Part shown: positions 62,655 through 64,000 of the stretch, piece after piece | How positions within the stretch are numbered: position 1 is the first letter of the stretch | Layout: each line of letters opens with the position of its first letter | From: Anaerolineaceae bacterium | GTDB lineage: Bacteria > Chloroflexota > Anaerolineae > Anaerolineales > UBA11657 | Direction of reading: 5' to 3' | Assembly: GCA_003569365.1 (NCBI GenBank) | Contig: BGOS01000003.1 | Coordinates: forward strand, 192,315-256,314 | Length of the DNA: 64,000 bases | Position numbers and translations under genes: made by a program | The notes under the pieces: generated by a model | Databases searched by the model: none | What the model was told of the DNA's origin: nothing | Seen by the model: only the letters and a program-made list of their open reading frames with translations

Positions 62655-62999
62655 ATGTTTGCTGCTGTAATCATCTGGATCTTGTCCGGCATTGGCGCCG
62701 CGATGATTGCGTCAAGCAAGAACCGCAGCGGTTGCGGCTGGTTCGCTGCGGGTCTTTTGCTCGGGCCGATCGCGCTGTTGATTGTGGGCTTTATGGCGCC
62801 TGGCGAGGCACCCGCCAAGCCGCTGCCCGGAAAAGCCCAACGAGAACATCCTGATGCTGCCGCTGAGCGCCTTTCAGCCTCGGGGCAAACGGGTGCAAGC
62901 CAAACGAAAGAGTGCCCATTTTGCGCAGAAACCATTCAAGCTAAAGCAATTCTCTGCCGTTACTGTAGTCGGGACTTGCCGCCACCATCTTACGGATAG
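62655..62999 (+). CDS. Small membrane protein with C-terminal zinc-ribbon
   Basis: 114 aa. Two TM segments (AAVIIWILSGIGAAMIA, WFAAGLLLGPIALLIVGF), then CPFCAE...CRYC. Confidence 0.6.
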   Translation: MFAAVIIWILSGIGAAMIASSKNRSGCGWFAAGLLLGPIALLIVGFMAPGEAPAKPLPGKAQREHPDAAAERLSASGQTGASQTKECPFCAETIQAKAILCRYCSRDLPPPSYG

Positions 63000-63346
63000 A
63001 TTAGGGGGCGGCGGCGAAAACCCCAAAGATGTTTGTCGGCCCGCATTGCGGGTTGTATGAAGCAAGGAGCAGGGGCTAGCCGCGTGGGCTAGGCATATCT
63101 GGGGCGCCGGTAGCACCGCAATTACGGCTGCGGAGGGACGGCCAGTCGCTACCGTAAAGCCGGCGGGCGTGGGGCTGCCCGCTGAAAACCCGCGGCTGTT
63201 GGCCGATACTTGAGGGAATATCCCAACTGGATTACCATCAAACCAGCTTGGGAGCAACAGGTGGTCCCGGAATGTCGGCTGGCTCGGGAATTGCATCTGT
63301 TGCAGGTGAGTTTATCGGAAGGATCCGGCAAGCTGGGATTACAAAT

Positions 63347-63832
63347 ATGCGAAAACTGTTTGCCTTTATGTGTGTTGCGTTAACTGCCGGCTGTGGTCTT
63401 TTGCCATGGTCGACCGTGAACAGGGTTTCCAATGCGGATGGCGACACGTACTCCGGTTCATGGAAGTACGACACCGCCAACGGCGAAGGCACCATGACGT
63501 TCGCTGATGGCAGTAAATACACCGGCGGCTGGCGCGACGGCAAGCCCACCGGCGAAGGCACGGTCAACTTTAGCGATGGCTCCACGTTTACCGGAAGCTG
63601 GGATCACGGCAGCGCCAGCGGCAGCGGCACAATGAAGTATGCCAACAAAGACAAATACACCGGCGCGTGGCAGCATGGCAAGTTCCACGGCCACGGAGTC
63701 TTATTGCTCCATGATGGCAGTGCCTATGAAGGCGAGTTCGAGCATGGCATGTTTCACGGCGCGGGCACCATGCTGAACGCCGATGGCAGCAAGGAAACCG
63801 GCCAATGGCACCACGGGCAGCTTGAGCATTGA
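63347..63832 (+). CDS. MORN-repeat lipoprotein
   Basis: I chose the ATG at 63347 (MRKLFAFMCVALTAGC, a lipoprotein-type signal). It is followed by about 7 MORN units (YSGSWKYDTANGEGT, YTGGWRDGKPTGEGT, FTGSWDHGSASGSGT, YTGAWQHGKFHGHG, YEGEFEHGMFHGAG...). Confidence 0.75.
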   Translation: MRKLFAFMCVALTAGCGLLPWSTVNRVSNADGDTYSGSWKYDTANGEGTMTFADGSKYTGGWRDGKPTGEGTVNFSDGSTFTGSWDHGSASGSGTMKYANKDKYTGAWQHGKFHGHGVLLLHDGSAYEGEFEHGMFHGAGTMLNADGSKETGQWHHGQLEH

Positions 63833-64000
63833 GCGGCTGTCCGTTGCGCCAGCTTGGCAGCGATCGCGGGCTTTGATTCTGGCGTGGCGGCAGCTGCGCA
63901 CTTGTAAGCGCTGGCTGGCTGCCGCCGACCACGGCCAGCCCTAAGCGCATGCCCTATAGCGGAGAGCGGAGGAACGGCCGGCGCCACGGGCAAGGCTCAA

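Noticed and set aside
1-64000. Scan for rRNA, tRNA, CRISPR arrays, IS elements/transposases, integrases, prophage genes and toxin-antitoxin pairs
   Set aside because: I saw no T-loop/GTTCGAATC-type tRNA signatures in the spacers, no regularly spaced direct repeats, and no DDE/tyrosine-recombinase motifs in any ORF. A by-eye scan could miss small RNAs.

Overview
This is a 64-kb window of a high-GC (roughly 60-65% by eye) bacterial chromosome. I support about 55 protein-coding genes. I found no rRNA, tRNA, CRISPR array, transposase or integrase, and no recognisable transcription factor. Several F420-type enzyme families, Tat/lipoprotein solute-binding proteins and giant Wzy_C-TPR membrane proteins suggest a Chloroflexota- or Actinomycetota-like organism, but this cannot be proven from the sequence. 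Layout, left to right: (1) 1-7803, three tandem minus-strand paralogs of giant O-antigen-ligase-like/TPR membrane proteins. The left one runs off the window and the middle one is frameshifted. (2) 7917-22766, a plus-strand catabolic and transport island: 8-oxoguanine-deaminase-like amidohydrolase, LLM oxidoreductase, YgeY peptidase, carbamate kinase, an unusual two-domain SBP with a BMP-type ABC importer, then three PLP/peptidase genes. (3) htpG. (4) 24807-35309, an aryl-CoA (2-aminobenzoyl-CoA/salicylyl-CoA-like) cluster. Its FAD monooxygenase appears to read into a PPOX-type domain. It also holds beta-oxidation-like genes, RidA, a CoA ligase, a lone molybdopterin hydroxylase subunit and an amidohydrolase. 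(5) An ECF Ni/Co transporter behind a 640-nt leader. (6) 38567-49637, a minus-strand block: pepA, an HlyD/ABC-2 exporter, a D-threonine-aldolase-like enzyme and potDABC. (7) Miscellaneous genes. (8) 57930-59720, a low-GC two-gene nuclease cassette (GIY-YIG/DUF4357-like plus PD-(D/E)xK-like), which is my best candidate for an undescribed defence-type system. Next to it sits a secreted HNH(DUF1524)-ComEA nuclease with N-x-T repeats. Four conserved genes carry single-nucleotide frameshifts, so either the assembly has indel errors or the genes are decaying. All family assignments rest on motifs read by eye and recalled family knowledge. No searches were run.
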